Positions 35,728 to 47,609 are shown, numbered from the stretch's first letter. The stretch: DNA of 64,000 nucleotides from a cyanobacterium endosymbiont of Rhopalodia gibba (GCA_045159875.1 CP067995.1:544001-608000); one strand, 5' to 3'. The notes: generated from the sequence alone by a model not told the origin. Translations and numbers: made by a program.

Positions 35728-35926
35728 AGTCTCATCAGCAGATTATTAATCCCCTTCTGTTTTGTTCAGTTTATCTAACAATCAGAAGGGTAATTTATAA
35801 AAAAGTTAACTCTTTATATAAAAACTAATATTCTCTACTCAATGAATACAAGAAAGACACAAAAAATGGAGAAGAAATTTATGAACTTTTTCGTAAATAA
35901 AACCTAATATCTCACTATAAAAGGTA

Positions 35927-36312
35927 TTGATTCTGTTCAATTTTTCCAGAATCCGTCCTATAAATCTGGGGGGAAAAGATAGCAAATTAGCTCTTTACCC
36001 TAAAACACTTAATTGTGTTAATAGTCAAAGTTCTATCCCTCAATTTTAAATTGAGCCTCTCCCTCCAATTTCTATTGCTGAATTTTAAAAAGTCATTGAA
36101 GGTCTAGAAAAAGCGAATCTTATAGAAGAGACAGAAAATTATCTTTATGTTATGCCGAATTTAAAACTAAGTTAATGGGTTATGTTGATGATGCAGAATT
36201 TTATCTTTATCTCAACGAAAATGTAATTCATGTTCGTTCTGCATCTCGTTTAGGAAAATTTGATTTAGAAGTAAACCGTCAACGAATAGAGGAAATCCGC
36301 AGTCAACTCTAA
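35927..36312 (+). pseudogene. DUF1499 family pseudogene
   Basis: RPINLGGKD, NCVNSQS, YAEFKTKLMGYVDDAEF, HVRSASRLG..DLEVNRQRIE, with stops and a frameshift. Confidence 0.85.
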
Positions 36313-36346
36313 AAATAATAATTAAGAAAACCTATTAACTAAATTT

Positions 36347-37130
36347 ATGGCTGAACAATTTATCAAAGACGGACAAGAATATTGGTTTCATAATGATGGT
36401 CATTTTGGGAAAGATTTTCATACCTAATGACCATTTTTAGGTGGGAGGTTCTCAATTTATATGAATGATGGACATACCGCCTTTTTTCCTAGAGGTCCTT
36501 ATAACAAAACCTGGAATATGGCAAAAATGTTGACGCGACTATATCTGAGTAATAAAATTTATAAAGTTATTGTACTTGCTATTTGCTCAATTGACTGCGA
36601 GTATGAGTATACTCATGTCCTTGTTTGGGGTCAGAAATAGGGAGTGCTCGAGCATTATTCTAGTTACGTTGCTAATGATCTTAAATGATAGTGTGTAGAT
36701 GCTAATCGTCGTACTCTCAACGGATTCCTACAATTCAATGGTCTTATGGTCTTCCAATGGGGAGTTAGCTGCTTTTTATCCCCTTATTTGGGATTGGGAT
36801 TAATTCAAGTATCGATTTTTCTGTCTTTAGATTATAAAAATATTTTCTTAGTTCTCTAGAATATTCTGCATTCTTGTTAGAAGTATCAAATACTTTACAA
36901 GATACCAATACTCGGTTGAAAATTCATTTATATTGGAGACTTATTTGGCAGAAAGGATTTTATAATTCTTTTATTAAAGAAAAAGCAACCGTAAAAGGTC
37001 GATAAATGCACGATTTATTAATTTAGATATTTTGGTCATTAGAAAAATAAAAACTTATTTATCGTTGAATATATAAGTAAGTAGTCAACATATTGAAAAA
37101 AATCCTGGTCTAGTCGCATAAAAAATATAC
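36347..37130 (+). pseudogene. Esterase-like alpha/beta hydrolase pseudogene
   Basis: YMNDGHTAFF, TWNMAKMLTRLY, EYEYTH, KATVKGR*MHDLL, SWSSR; many stops and deletions. Confidence 0.65.
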
Positions 37131-38074
37131 CATAAATCTTTTGTAGTTGGTAATTAATTATTCGATATGTTTTTATCTATTTTATACTAGCCATGACAAA
37201 ATAATCAAAAATCAAAGATAAAAGATAAAAGTATTGCCGGACAAAATCTATAATATTACAGAACTTTTCTTATATAAGAACTAGGTTTTTAAAGTAACAA
37301 AATACAATGACAATAATAGTTTAAAAAAATTTAAACTACTAATATATTATATCAGACTCTAATCTAGAAAAAATAAATTCTTTAATTTTTAAAAAAACTA
37401 GAATGAATCATTAGCTACTAATATTAGATATCGCACTATTGGAGTCTTAGTAAGACATAAAAAAAACTAAAATCAAACAAATAAAAAACCAAAAAAAATA
37501 TCGGTAAAAGTTGAGAAGAAAAGACCAACAGTCTCAATGATAAGAACATATTAATTTACATTGATCGAGCAATTTCCTCATGGAAGTTTGTCATAACATC
37601 TTTATGGAACGCTTAGTGATTTCTAAAAATAACTCTAGCTACATGTAGCATAAGAAAATTATTTCTATTCAAAACAACAGCTATTTTAATTTATTCTTGT
37701 TTTAACTCCATATCTTATTAATGTTTCCATGAGCCATGAAATAACTAAAGAAATACTTAATTCGTCAATTGATCTTCAAGAAGTTGAGAGCATTATTGTT
37801 TAACTCTAATTCGAATAGAAGCTGTAAATTTTCCTTTAGTCTGAATTTCCTATTTTTCAGCAGAGAAAATACTGTAGGGAAAGAAAAACACCAGAATTAA
37901 CCAAGTAAAAGTGCCACTAATAAGCATTTCAAGACAATTTTTGACAGTTGATATAGTTAATTTATGCAAGAAAATAGGATAAATAGTTTGTCTTTGATTA
38001 TCAAATTTTTAAGAAAAGAGAATAAAAATAACAGCAAGATTTTTGAGTTAATTAGCTAATCAATTTTCTATTAT

Positions 38075-38123
38075 TTATTTTACTATTAATTATCAAGGTT
38101 CTTGATAATTAATAGTAAAATAA
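38075..38123. repeat. 23-bp perfect inverted repeat with 3-nt spacer
   Basis: ttattttactattaattatcaag-gtt-cttgataattaatagtaaaataa. Confidence 0.93.
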
Positions 38124-38439
38124 TAACAATATAGATTTGTTAAAAGTGTATCATAATTAATGATATTAGTATATTAGTATTATCTACTAGTTAGTAGAGT
38201 GTAATCTATAACAAAGTTGAGTTACTGTTCAGATGAAGACTATTATTCTAGGTTTTTAGTTAAGAATACAATAGTTCATTCTAAATCTTTTAAAAACTCC
38301 TACCTATTTTTTCCCTTTTGACATTCTATAAGGTTCGGGAAGATACAATTAAGAGCTTATTGCTGGATTAGTTAACAATAATACTTTTATCTAAAAAATA
38401 ATTAATTAGTCTCTAAAAGACTGTTTATCAAGACAAAAT

Positions 38440-38877
38440 AAAAGTAAACATTTTTGAACTACAGTCTACCCCGTTAGCTTGACTGTTAGAAACTTAAAAA
38501 ATAGAACTACATCTATCCCAATATGTAACGATCACATCCAAGGTCATTTTTACTTTATTCGCGTAGAACTAATAGCAGCAATCAAGACTAATATGACAAC
38601 AAAAATTCCAGCGACTAAATAGAATAAATCACCTAAACTTATTTAATAAATAAAGGTTACTACTAAGCAAATACTTAGTAATAATAACACTAGACTATAA
38701 TTCTACCGATATAACAATAATATAATGAAATGGTTTTGAGTACAAAGTACGAGGACACTTTTTCTAACGAAAATAAAATACCTATTATCTAAAAAGTCCC
38801 ACTATTTTGGGACTTTTTAATGATAAACTCATGTACCAAGTCGTAATGTTCTAAAGCCAAAGAAAAGAAAAGGTTAT
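38440..38877 (-). pseudogene. Second DUF4079-family gene, pseudogene
   Basis: FSFLWL*NITTWYMSLS, PFHYII, LVAGIFVVILVL, SLHIGID, LTG*TVVQKC; follows the DUF1830 gene. Confidence 0.75.
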
Positions 38878-38914
38878 CTAGAAAGATAACCTATGGATTT
38901 GAAAATCTAGTTTT

Positions 38915-39298
38915 TTAAACTAAAGTAAGTCTTAAAGAAGAAGATTTATTTTGAGTGTAATTTGCGTTCACTTCTATCGTACTGTTATTAACAGTTGGGA
39001 CACAAACAGCAATATGTTGTTTGTAGATCTCTTCATCATTCTCCTTATTGACACTTAAACGTTCACAGAGAATAGTATCTGAGAGAATGGCACTTGCCAT
39101 CATTGCGGTATGAATTTCTAATAATGCTTGAGGCACAGCTTCAAACATCAGCTGTTGTCCAGGAAAGACAACTCTCTCAAAATACCAATTCGGAACATTT
39201 GCAATCCGAACAACTTGAATTCTACTTGTCGCGTTTACATAGCAACAAAGGATAATTCTCCTTTGTCCAGTTTGAAGGGAATGGAGAATCTGGTCCAT
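38915..39298 (-). CDS. DUF1830 domain protein
   Basis: ILCCYVNATSRIQVVRI, WYFERVVFPGQ. Confidence 0.9.
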   Translation of the reverse strand: MDQILHSLQTGQRRIILCCYVNATSRIQVVRIANVPNWYFERVVFPGQQLMFEAVPQALLEIHTAMMASAILSDTILCERLSVNKENDEEIYKQHIAVCVPTVNNSTIEVNANYTQNKSSSLRLTLV

Positions 39299-39341
39299 AG
39301 TAATGGAGGCAATGTGAAGTACGGTTCGTCATTTCCTCTAT

Positions 39342-39384
39342 ACCCTAACATTGAGGGCTCTCAACCAACTGTAATTAATATTAC
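39342..39384 (-). promoter_or_regulatory. NtcA-activated promoter candidate (GTA-N8-TAC, N23, TAGGGT)
   Basis: GTAattaatatTAC at 39371-39384; TAN3T -10 box 23 nt downstream on the minus strand, upstream of the DUF1830 gene. Confidence 0.6.
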
Positions 39385-39760
39385 ATTCAATATTTCTATC
39401 CTAAAACCAGGACACATTTAAAGAGGGAAGATATTGCTAACTTAGACAAAATTCAAAGGAAATCTTTAAAAATTGTTCGTTAAAGTTCTTTGTCTTTAGT
39501 TAATTTAAATAAATATTTTGTTTAGGACTAGCTAAGTTGAATTCACAGTCTCTATTTTTTGATTTAAATTAACCCTTGCTATCTACTCATAATCTCGTTA
39601 AAGTCAAAGATATGTTACAAATTTATCATCGCTTTTAAAAAATTTATTAGATACTGAAGTGATCCTGGGATCGTCTATTGTTGCTTAGCCTAAACTATTC
39701 TTAATCCCCCATTTGCGAGCGATTAACTCTGCTGAACTAATGTTTAAGAAGGATTTGACA

Positions 39761-41329
39761 ATGACACAGCGTATTCTCTATGTTCGTCTCCCCTGTAATC
39801 CCATTTTTCCTATTGGCGTTGTCTATTTATCTGATCACGTTCATAAATTTTTTCCTCAAATTAAGCAAAAAATTCTTGATTTTGGAACAATTCCCCCATT
39901 AGAATTCAAAAAAACTTTAGATAATTGTATCGATGAGTTTAAACCAACTTTGCTAGTATTTTCTTGGCGAGATATCCAAATTTATGCACCTGTTGGTGGT
40001 AGAGGAGGCAATCCCCTACAAAATGCTTTTGAATTTTATTACGCTAAAAACCCTCTAATTCGTTTACGAGGAGCATTAGGTGGATTAAAAGTAACTATTG
40101 CTTACTATGGTGAGATATGGCGAAATATAGGGCTAATTCGGCGTGGACTTAAACGGGCAAAAGAATATCATCCAGAAGCACGTTTGGTTGTAGGAGGCGG
40201 TGCAATAAGTGTGTTTTACGAGCAGTTAAAATCGGATCTTCCCAAGGGGACTATTGTTTCAGTGGGTGAGGGAGAAACTTTACTTCAAAAACTGTTGCAA
40301 GGGAAAGATTTTTCGGAAGAGCGTTGTTATGTTGTGGGAGAGAATGCTCTCCGCGAAAAATTAATCCATGAACCACCAACACCTATTGAAAAAACTGCTT
40401 GTAATTATAAATATATTCAGAGTATTTGGCCGGAATTTGACTATTACTTTCAAGAAAATGACTTTTACATTGGAGTACAAACTAAGCGAGGTTGTCCCCA
40501 TAATTGTTGCTATTGTGTCTATACAGTAGTGGAAGGAAAACAAGTTAGAATCAACCCTGCTGATGAAGTAGTCAAGGAAATGCGCCAACTTTATGATCGA
40601 GGAATTCGTAATTTCTGGTTTACTGATGCCCAGTTTATTCCCGCCCGTAAATTTATTAAAAATACTGAAGAATTATTACAAAAAATTCTTGATTCTGAGA
40701 TGACAGATATTCATTGGGCAGCCTATATTCGGGCAGATAATTTAACTCCAAATTTGTGTGATTTGATGGCTAAAACAGGGATGAATTATTTTGAAATTGG
40801 TATCACTAGTGGTTCACAGGAATTAGTTCGTAAGATGCGAATGGGCTATAAGTTACGAACAGTTTTGCAAAATTGTCGTGATCTTAAAAGGGCAGGATTT
40901 AATGACATGGTATCAGTTAATTATTCTTTTAATGTAATTAATGAAACCTTTGATACCATCCGACAAACTATTGCTTATCATCGAGAATTAGAAAATATTT
41001 TTGGAATTGATAAGGTAGAACCTGCTATTTTCTTTATTGGGCTACAACCCCATACTCATCTCGAAGAATATGCTTTGGAAAATAATATTCTTAAACCTGG
41101 GTATAATCCTATGAGTTTGATGCCTTGGACAGCCAAGAAATTACTTTGGAATCCTGAACCTTTAGGATCATTTTTTGGAGAGGTTTGCCTGAAAGCATGG
41201 AAAGAAAATCCTAATAATTTTGGACAGGAAGTTATGAAAATTCTAGAAAAAAAATTAGGAAAAGCTGATTTAGAAGAAGCCTTAACTGCTCCTATCAAAG
41301 AGAAAAAAAAACAGTTGATAGTAGCTTAG
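39761..41329 (+). CDS. Radical SAM protein, Slr0320-like ('PSII high light acclimation' family)
   Basis: LYVRLPCNPIFPIG, RGCPHNCCYC (CxxxCxxC), FWFTDAQF; ATG at 39761 preferred. Confidence 0.88.
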   Translation: MTQRILYVRLPCNPIFPIGVVYLSDHVHKFFPQIKQKILDFGTIPPLEFKKTLDNCIDEFKPTLLVFSWRDIQIYAPVGGRGGNPLQNAFEFYYAKNPLIRLRGALGGLKVTIAYYGEIWRNIGLIRRGLKRAKEYHPEARLVVGGGAISVFYEQLKSDLPKGTIVSVGEGETLLQKLLQGKDFSEERCYVVGENALREKLIHEPPTPIEKTACNYKYIQSIWPEFDYYFQENDFYIGVQTKRGCPHNCCYCVYTVVEGKQVRINPADEVVKEMRQLYDRGIRNFWFTDAQFIPARKFIKNTEELLQKILDSEMTDIHWAAYIRADNLTPNLCDLMAKTGMNYFEIGITSGSQELVRKMRMGYKLRTVLQNCRDLKRAGFNDMVSVNYSFNVINETFDTIRQTIAYHRELENIFGIDKVEPAIFFIGLQPHTHLEEYALENNILKPGYNPMSLMPWTAKKLLWNPEPLGSFFGEVCLKAWKENPNNFGQEVMKILEKKLGKADLEEALTAPIKEKKKQLIVA

Positions 41330-42339
41330 TTTATAAGTTAATGTAGAGGAAATACTTAAAACTTTACCAATGATCGTTAAGAGTAGTATAGATTAAATAG
41401 CTCGAACCCTTATTTTTTAATTTTCAATTTTATTAAAAATTAAAGAATACTTGAGAACTATGCAATTCTAGAGTTCTCAATAGGACTGTCAATAAAGCGA
41501 TTTATTTAGTAACTTAGTAAAGACATAATTGGCTAGTTTAACCACTGCTTTCATTGTGAACTACTCAATCTAAACTCTCTATTAGTTTTAATTTGCGGGG
41601 AAATTTTTAACGTTGTTTATCAGTCAATCAAAGTCTCTTTCCTCATTTTCCTTTTAAATTATCTTCTTAAAACTCTTAATCTATCCTTCTACAAATTTAT
41701 TCTATGTTTTTAGAACTTTCTTTCTATTAAGAGAAATTTGTTTTTACATAAAATGCGTAATTTCTGAGAGTTAACTTCTGAGATATTCTCAAGAGTAAAT
41801 ATTATCTTCTTAATTCTGCATAATTTTACTTTTTTAGACACTTATTATTTAGCTAAAGTTGACTGGCTTAAGAAGCTAAATAAAGTTTCTCATAGATTAT
41901 TTATATCTAGATTGTTTTTCTCTCAATTATAAGTAAGCTGTTACTACTAAATTTAGTATGATTCAAAGACAACAAAGTTTTTATGTAGTGTTAGTTCTTT
42001 TAAATAAAGAAGTAATCATAGAGATTATAGAAGGAATAAGATAATCAGTTTTCTCAAAAATACACCGATTATTTCTTGAGGAAGACTCAGACTGGTTATA
42101 TCAGGACCATTGAAATTAGCTAACTGATGTCAGAACGTTTGTTTGTTGCAACTGATTAATAATTAACTTAGTACGAGTATTTTCTCTATTGCAGGTAAGA
42201 ATTAATTTTTTATATAAATATTTTTTTATACACAATTTTTAAGAGTCATTTAAGGTTAATAATTGATTAAAATAGATTGTAGACTAAATTAACTTTATTT
42301 TGAAAAAAATAAGATATAAAAATTACTTTACTGCCTGGC

Positions 42340-42390
42340 TAAGAAACAAGTTTTCTGAAAATTTAAAATTTTCAGAAAACTTGTTTCTTA
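42340..42390. repeat. 25-bp perfect inverted repeat with 1-nt spacer, possible terminator
   Basis: taagaaacaagttttctgaaaattt-a-aaattttcagaaaacttgtttctta, 9 nt from the stop of the 42400..42651 gene. Confidence 0.93.
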
Positions 42391-42399
42391 AAAAGATGT

Positions 42400-42651
42400 T
42401 TAACTTTCAGTCACAAGTTCAGGGTACAATCCTAATTCTTTAGATAACTGACGGGCAAGAAAAATCAGGAACTTTGCTCCATCTTGATTTCCTTCATGAG
42501 CTTGTGCAGTAGCAACTTCCATTAAGGTTTGAACAAAATCTGCATCAATTAAACTTTTGTTAGCATCTAACACATCCGGCTCTTGTCCATTGGGACAACC
42601 GACTAAATCCTGAATTAGTTGAAAATATTGCTGTCGACGAGATTCTGTCAT
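42400..42651 (-). CDS. Hypothetical protein (83 aa)
   Basis: Intact ORF with AGGAG RBS; YFQLIQDLVGCPNGQE motif recalled from cyanobacterial hypotheticals. Confidence 0.75.
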   Translation of the reverse strand: MTESRRQQYFQLIQDLVGCPNGQEPDVLDANKSLIDADFVQTLMEVATAQAHEGNQDGAKFLIFLARQLSKELGLYPELVTES

Positions 42652-42698
42652 GGGAATGGTTCTCCTTAGGTAAATATCCTGGGTTAAACTTAACTTAC

Positions 42699-43187
42699 TT
42701 AATCGTCGTCTTTGTCAGGGGATTTTGTTAAAACTTCAAATACCGTTGTAGCACAAGATTCTCGATTTTTATCAATTTCTTTCACCCTTTTAGTTATCAG
42801 TTTAGCTTCTTCGAGTTGCCCAAGTTTAGCCAAAATAAACCCTTGCGCTGCGTAGGCATTCATATACAGTCGGATAGATGAATCAAACTGACGATTGACT
42901 AATATGGGCTTTAGTTGCTCCCATTGTAGCGGAAGATTTTCTCTCTCTTGGATAATTCTTAAGATTTTTTTTGCAATCTCGAGAGCAATTTCGGGTTTTT
43001 TTTTATAAAAGAAAAAACGATAAGCTCCTATTAAAACATCAAGGTTATTTTCGGACTTGTTTAGGGCTTCACGTATATATTGTTCTGCTAATATTGTATT
43101 TTCCCAATTGTTAGAAGCTACAATTAATAAAGTTTTTACATCTTCCGATACGTCGTACCAGGACAGTTGATCTTCACTTACTACCAT
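42699..43187 (-). CDS. Hypothetical helical (TPR-like) protein near the nif cluster
   Basis: Intact 162-aa ORF; AYRFFFYK, YAAQGFILAKLG. Confidence 0.75.
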   Translation of the reverse strand: MVVSEDQLSWYDVSEDVKTLLIVASNNWENTILAEQYIREALNKSENNLDVLIGAYRFFFYKKKPEIALEIAKKILRIIQERENLPLQWEQLKPILVNRQFDSSIRLYMNAYAAQGFILAKLGQLEEAKLITKRVKEIDKNRESCATTVFEVLTKSPDKDDD

Positions 43188-45235
43188 AATGCATCCTAAA
43201 ATTCTATTATTAGAATAGCATTTCTACACAAAATAAGTATCAAAATCTCTACTTTAGAGACCGTTCATAACGTATACATTGAAAATATTGTAGGGTGTAT
43301 TATCTTATTTTGATACAAAAAAGATTGTTAACAAAAAAAATTTAGGAATTCTATTGATACAAAAAATAGAAATCTTAGTTTTCTATTTTAGATAAAGAAA
43401 CAAGACTAATTTAAAATTAATTAAGCACAAATACTTATGGTTAAAATAGATAAAATACAGAAAATGGATTTAAATTATCCTCTTTTTAGGTTTAAAAAAT
43501 GTTTAATCTCTAAAAATATAAAATTCTCTCAAAGAGTTTTACTATTAACATCTTGCCGTCAAAGTTAATTTTATTAATTTTTATTTAATTAAATAATTTA
43601 CTAGATAAAAGGAAATAATTAGATGTTGTCTATATAATACGAGATATGATAATGGCTGTAATTTGTTTTTAACAAGTATTAAAATTTAATAATAAAGAGA
43701 TAAATACAAGCTAATATTTTTAGGTTTTTAGAATTTTTAAAAATTTTCTACTTGTAACAAGTATATACAAATCTTGTCTCAATTTATTTAGATATAAACA
43801 AGGTTTTTAAAATTTAAAAATTCTTAATAATATTTAAAATAGATTAAATTTTCAATTTTTATAAAAAAGTTTTATCAATTAAGATAACAATATTTTATTG
43901 CCATTTTAGTCGAATGATTACATTAATAATTTAATTTTTTTTATCAAAATCATAAATTTAAATTTAACTGCGAAATCAGATTAAAAGACTGAGTAAACCT
44001 GTAAAAAGTTATCTATAAAAATATGGTTTTTCATTAATCTATTCTCAGTTATAAAATACCTAAAGACAAATCAATATCTTATATATGCAAACAGATACAA
44101 GATGCGTTATTAAAATATGATTTACTTTTTGTAAAAAAAATTAGTATGCAGTAAAAAATTTTAATAAAGCTAAAAAATAATGGTTTATCAGAATATTTTT
44201 GTTACTAACAATAAATGAAATAAAAAAAATAGAAAAAACAATAATCAGTTTTAGACTAAAAAAAGTATTAAATAAAGATAATAACATTCTTAAAAATCAA
44301 GAATCTAATTTAGAAAATAGTGTTAGAAATACACAACAGCATTTATCAAAAAGACTACTCGCTTTAATCTGGTTCATTTTTATCTTGTATTACGTCTTTT
44401 TATTAGTAAATAAGCTAGATTAAAAAGTCTGAATAAAATTAGAGAAAAGAAACCCTTTTATAAGATAAAAAAATAAAGCTTCAGTTAAATATGAATAGTT
44501 TAAAGATTAGTCATGATTATCTATATATCTAATACTAGAAAGTGAGCAAAATAAATTAACTAATTAATAATTTTCAAAATCCCTAGTTTATACAAAAAAA
44601 TGATTAGCTATGTTTTTTATATAAAAATTTATATAATAAAAATATATTTTAAAAAAAATATTTTTTTTAAAGTTACTTCTCTGGTTTAATAAAAGAATTG
44701 AGTTCTTTTATTCTTCACAATAAGAATGACTAAGTTAAATTCTTATAAAATCTAATTAGAAAAATAATTTCTAGATAAATGAGTTAAGAAATATAAGTAT
44801 TATAGTCTTTTTCAAAAAGTGTAAGTATAGATAGAATAAAAAGAACTTAGTCTATGCAAGTAATTTTTACTAGATAAGTAAAATAAATAACAAAAAAATT
44901 ATATAAATATTGATCTTTCCGACTTAAATTACTATTTAATGAACCAGGTCATCATTTTTTCTCATTATCTATCAATTTGCACCACAACTCTTAAATTAGG
45001 AACTTAATTTTTCAGTATCTTGGTTTCGTTCTACTTTAGTGGGAGAATTTCTTAATTAAATGAACGATTTTAAATATTCTTTGATTTTCTTAAATAAGGA
45101 ATTTGTAGAGCTTTCTATTGACAAAATGAACCAATTTCAAAAAATTGAAGAGCGAATTACCCAATCCATTGAGTAATTACGTCCTAAATGTTTTGAATTT
45201 AGATCATCTGATCGAAACTGAGACACTGACAATCT

Positions 45236-45283
45236 CAGCTTTTTGTTAGGGTTGCGCCTAAAGCGCAACCCAACAAAAAGCTG
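45236..45283 (-). terminator. Long hairpin directly after fdxB, likely the end of the nif transcript
   Basis: cagctttttgttagggttgcgc ... gcgcaacccaacaaaaagctg. Confidence 0.75.
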
Positions 45284-45285
45284 TG

Positions 45286-45570
45286 CTAGGCAGGAGCGTG
45301 AGCATAGCAGTTTTTAGGACAGATGCGAGCGCAAGCTTCACAACCAATGCAATTTTCCTTATTAGCAATTGTCATAACTTGACGTTCGATATCGTCTTCA
45401 TCTTCATCTTCGTCAACGAATTCTCCGTCTTCATTAACCCCCATTAAGGCTAATACTTTCTGACCACAGACTTTAAAACAACGTCCACAACCCAGACAAG
45501 TATCTTTGTTGATAGAGTTAACAAATTGAGGAATCCATTCAAGTCCACCAAAAGTTAAAGCAGTTGCCAT
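45286..45570 (-). CDS. fdxB: Ferredoxin III, nif-specific 2[4Fe-4S]
   Basis: [11 protein letters not shown] and [11 protein letters not shown] separated by an acidic linker. Confidence 0.92.
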   Translation of the reverse strand: MATALTFGGLEWIPQFVNSINKDTCLGCGRCFKVCGQKVLALMGVNEDGEFVDEDEDEDDIERQVMTIANKENCIGCEACARICPKNCYAHAPA

Positions 45571-45584
45571 GTGTGTTCTCCTTT

Positions 45585-47534
45585 TTAAGATAATTTTGGC
45601 TTTGAGTGATCCTCGCTAGTTAACCGTAAAGGTTCACTAGGCGAGTATTCAAGGGTATGATATCCGCTTGAATTCTGTAATAGCAGCAGACGCTGCGGAT
45701 GAAGCTGAACCCGCCAAGGAAAAGGGCGATCTTTGAGTTGCTGCCATTTGTCCTTCAACACCTCCACTTGTAAGTGGTAATCGTAGGGACTGGTAGGAGC
45801 GCAATTCAGCTTTAAATAAAGAGTCATCCGATGTTGGGTTTCACTAATGGTGGTTAACCAACAGGGGAAAACATTAATGTCGTGAAGGGGAGAAAATCTT
45901 TCAATATCAGGAAAAGTCAGTTGATGAGCGCGAATCCCTACATGGACTAAATTCGAGTCAATGGGATCAAATACCTCAAGGGTGCATCCCCAGTCAATAG
46001 CCGTAATTTTGTATTGGGCAACTTGTCTGACGCGGGAAAAATTCTTACAGCCAGTCAATTGAGCAACCCTAAAGCTTTGGGGATGTTCAAAAATCCCTTG
46101 TTTGGGTCCTTGAGCAATAATTTTTCCTTCTTCGAGAATCAAAAGATTAGGACAAACTCGATATGCTTCCTCTAGGTTATGAGTGACAAATAAGGTAACA
46201 CCTTGATAACGAATCAAACTAGTCCTGAGAAGTTTTTCTAGTTGATCTCGTAAGTAGGTGTCCAGAGCAGAAAATGGTTCATCAAGTAGCAATATTTCTG
46301 GTTCGCTGGCTAAGGCACGGGCTAGAGCAATTCTTTGTTGTTGTCCTCCTGAAAGTTCTGTTGGATAGCGACCACCTAACGCATCCAATTGAACATTGCT
46401 CAAATGCTTCTTAATCCTAGCGCGAGTGGCACTTACCGAGAGTCCTTTAGGTAAACCAAAAGCAATATTCTGAGCAACTGTGAGATGGGGAAACAAGGCA
46501 TAATTTTGGAACAGATAACCCACGCGACGCTCATGAATGGGTATATTAATCCCCTGACGAGAATCAAATAAAACCCGGCCATTCAGGATAATCCGACCGC
46601 GATCAGGAGTCTCTAACCCTGTTATACAGCGTAAAATCATGCTTTTTCCTGCCCCAGAAGCCCCTAATAACCCCAAGGGAAGTCCATCGGTATGAAAAGA
46701 CACATCTAACAAAAATCCAGGTAATTGCTTCTGAATGTCAACAATTAGCTCAATTTGCGCTTTTGGCACCGGATAATCCGTAGTGTTCCAAGTTAAACCT
46801 AATGCATCAGGATCGAGGTTTTCTCTTAACAAGTTGGGTTGTTTTAAAGAGGTTGTTCCTTTGCTTTTTTGTTTGGGCTGCCTATCAGACCAATAACTAA
46901 CAATACTCATGATGCTAAGGGACAACACTAAGATGATCCCAACCCAAGCCAATGCCTGATTCATTGCTCCACTTTCGGCGGCAAAAAAGATGGCAATGGG
47001 AATTGTCTGGGTTTTCCCTGGAATACTACCAGCTAACATTAAAGTTGCCCCAAATTCTCCCAACGCTCTGGTAAAAGCCAATAAAATCCCAGCAATAAGG
47101 CCAGGTTTCGCTAGGGGTAGCAAGATTTGCCAGAAAACTCGTTCTTCTGATGCTCCTAGCGTTCTAGCACTGGCTAACAAATTGGTGTCAATTTGTCTGA
47201 AGGACCCTAACATGGTTTTATACATTAATGGAAAGGCAACAACAACTGAGGCGATAACAGTAGCATACCAGGTGAAAATGACACTAATATTGAATAAAGC
47301 CAACAACTGTCCAATCGGTCCTTGCTTGCCTAACAAGAGTAATAAGACAAACCCCATTACCGTAGGGGGCAGTACCAAAGGAGCAGTTAATAACCCATCA
47401 ATTAAACCTTTCCCTACTCCCCGATATTTGAACATCCAACGGGCTGCAGTCACACCGCAAAAGGAGGCAATCAGTGTTGCTGTTAAGGCTGTTTTTGAGG
47501 AAATCCATACCGGAGAGAGGTCAAGATGCATCAT
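45585..47534 (-). CDS. modB: Molybdate ABC transporter, fused permease and ATPase (ModB-ModC)
   Basis: [17 protein letters not shown], then [22 protein letters not shown]. Confidence 0.9.
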   Translation of the reverse strand: MMHLDLSPVWISSKTALTATLIASFCGVTAARWMFKYRGVGKGLIDGLLTAPLVLPPTVMGFVLLLLLGKQGPIGQLLALFNISVIFTWYATVIASVVVAFPLMYKTMLGSFRQIDTNLLASARTLGASEERVFWQILLPLAKPGLIAGILLAFTRALGEFGATLMLAGSIPGKTQTIPIAIFFAAESGAMNQALAWVGIILVLSLSIMSIVSYWSDRQPKQKSKGTTSLKQPNLLRENLDPDALGLTWNTTDYPVPKAQIELIVDIQKQLPGFLLDVSFHTDGLPLGLLGASGAGKSMILRCITGLETPDRGRIILNGRVLFDSRQGINIPIHERRVGYLFQNYALFPHLTVAQNIAFGLPKGLSVSATRARIKKHLSNVQLDALGGRYPTELSGGQQQRIALARALASEPEILLLDEPFSALDTYLRDQLEKLLRTSLIRYQGVTLFVTHNLEEAYRVCPNLLILEEGKIIAQGPKQGIFEHPQSFRVAQLTGCKNFSRVRQVAQYKITAIDWGCTLEVFDPIDSNLVHVGIRAHQLTFPDIERFSPLHDINVFPCWLTTISETQHRMTLYLKLNCAPTSPYDYHLQVEVLKDKWQQLKDRPFPWRVQLHPQRLLLLQNSSGYHTLEYSPSEPLRLTSEDHSKPKLS

Positions 47535-47609
47535 AATTTTTGCTTTTTACTTTTTACCCGTAATTGAGCATTGCCCATCCCATAATTAATGGAGGTGCTT
47601 AACTGTCTT

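Noticed and set aside
44199..44423. 74-aa ORF in the AT desert
   Set aside because: K/N/I-rich low-complexity sequence, TTG start, no RBS
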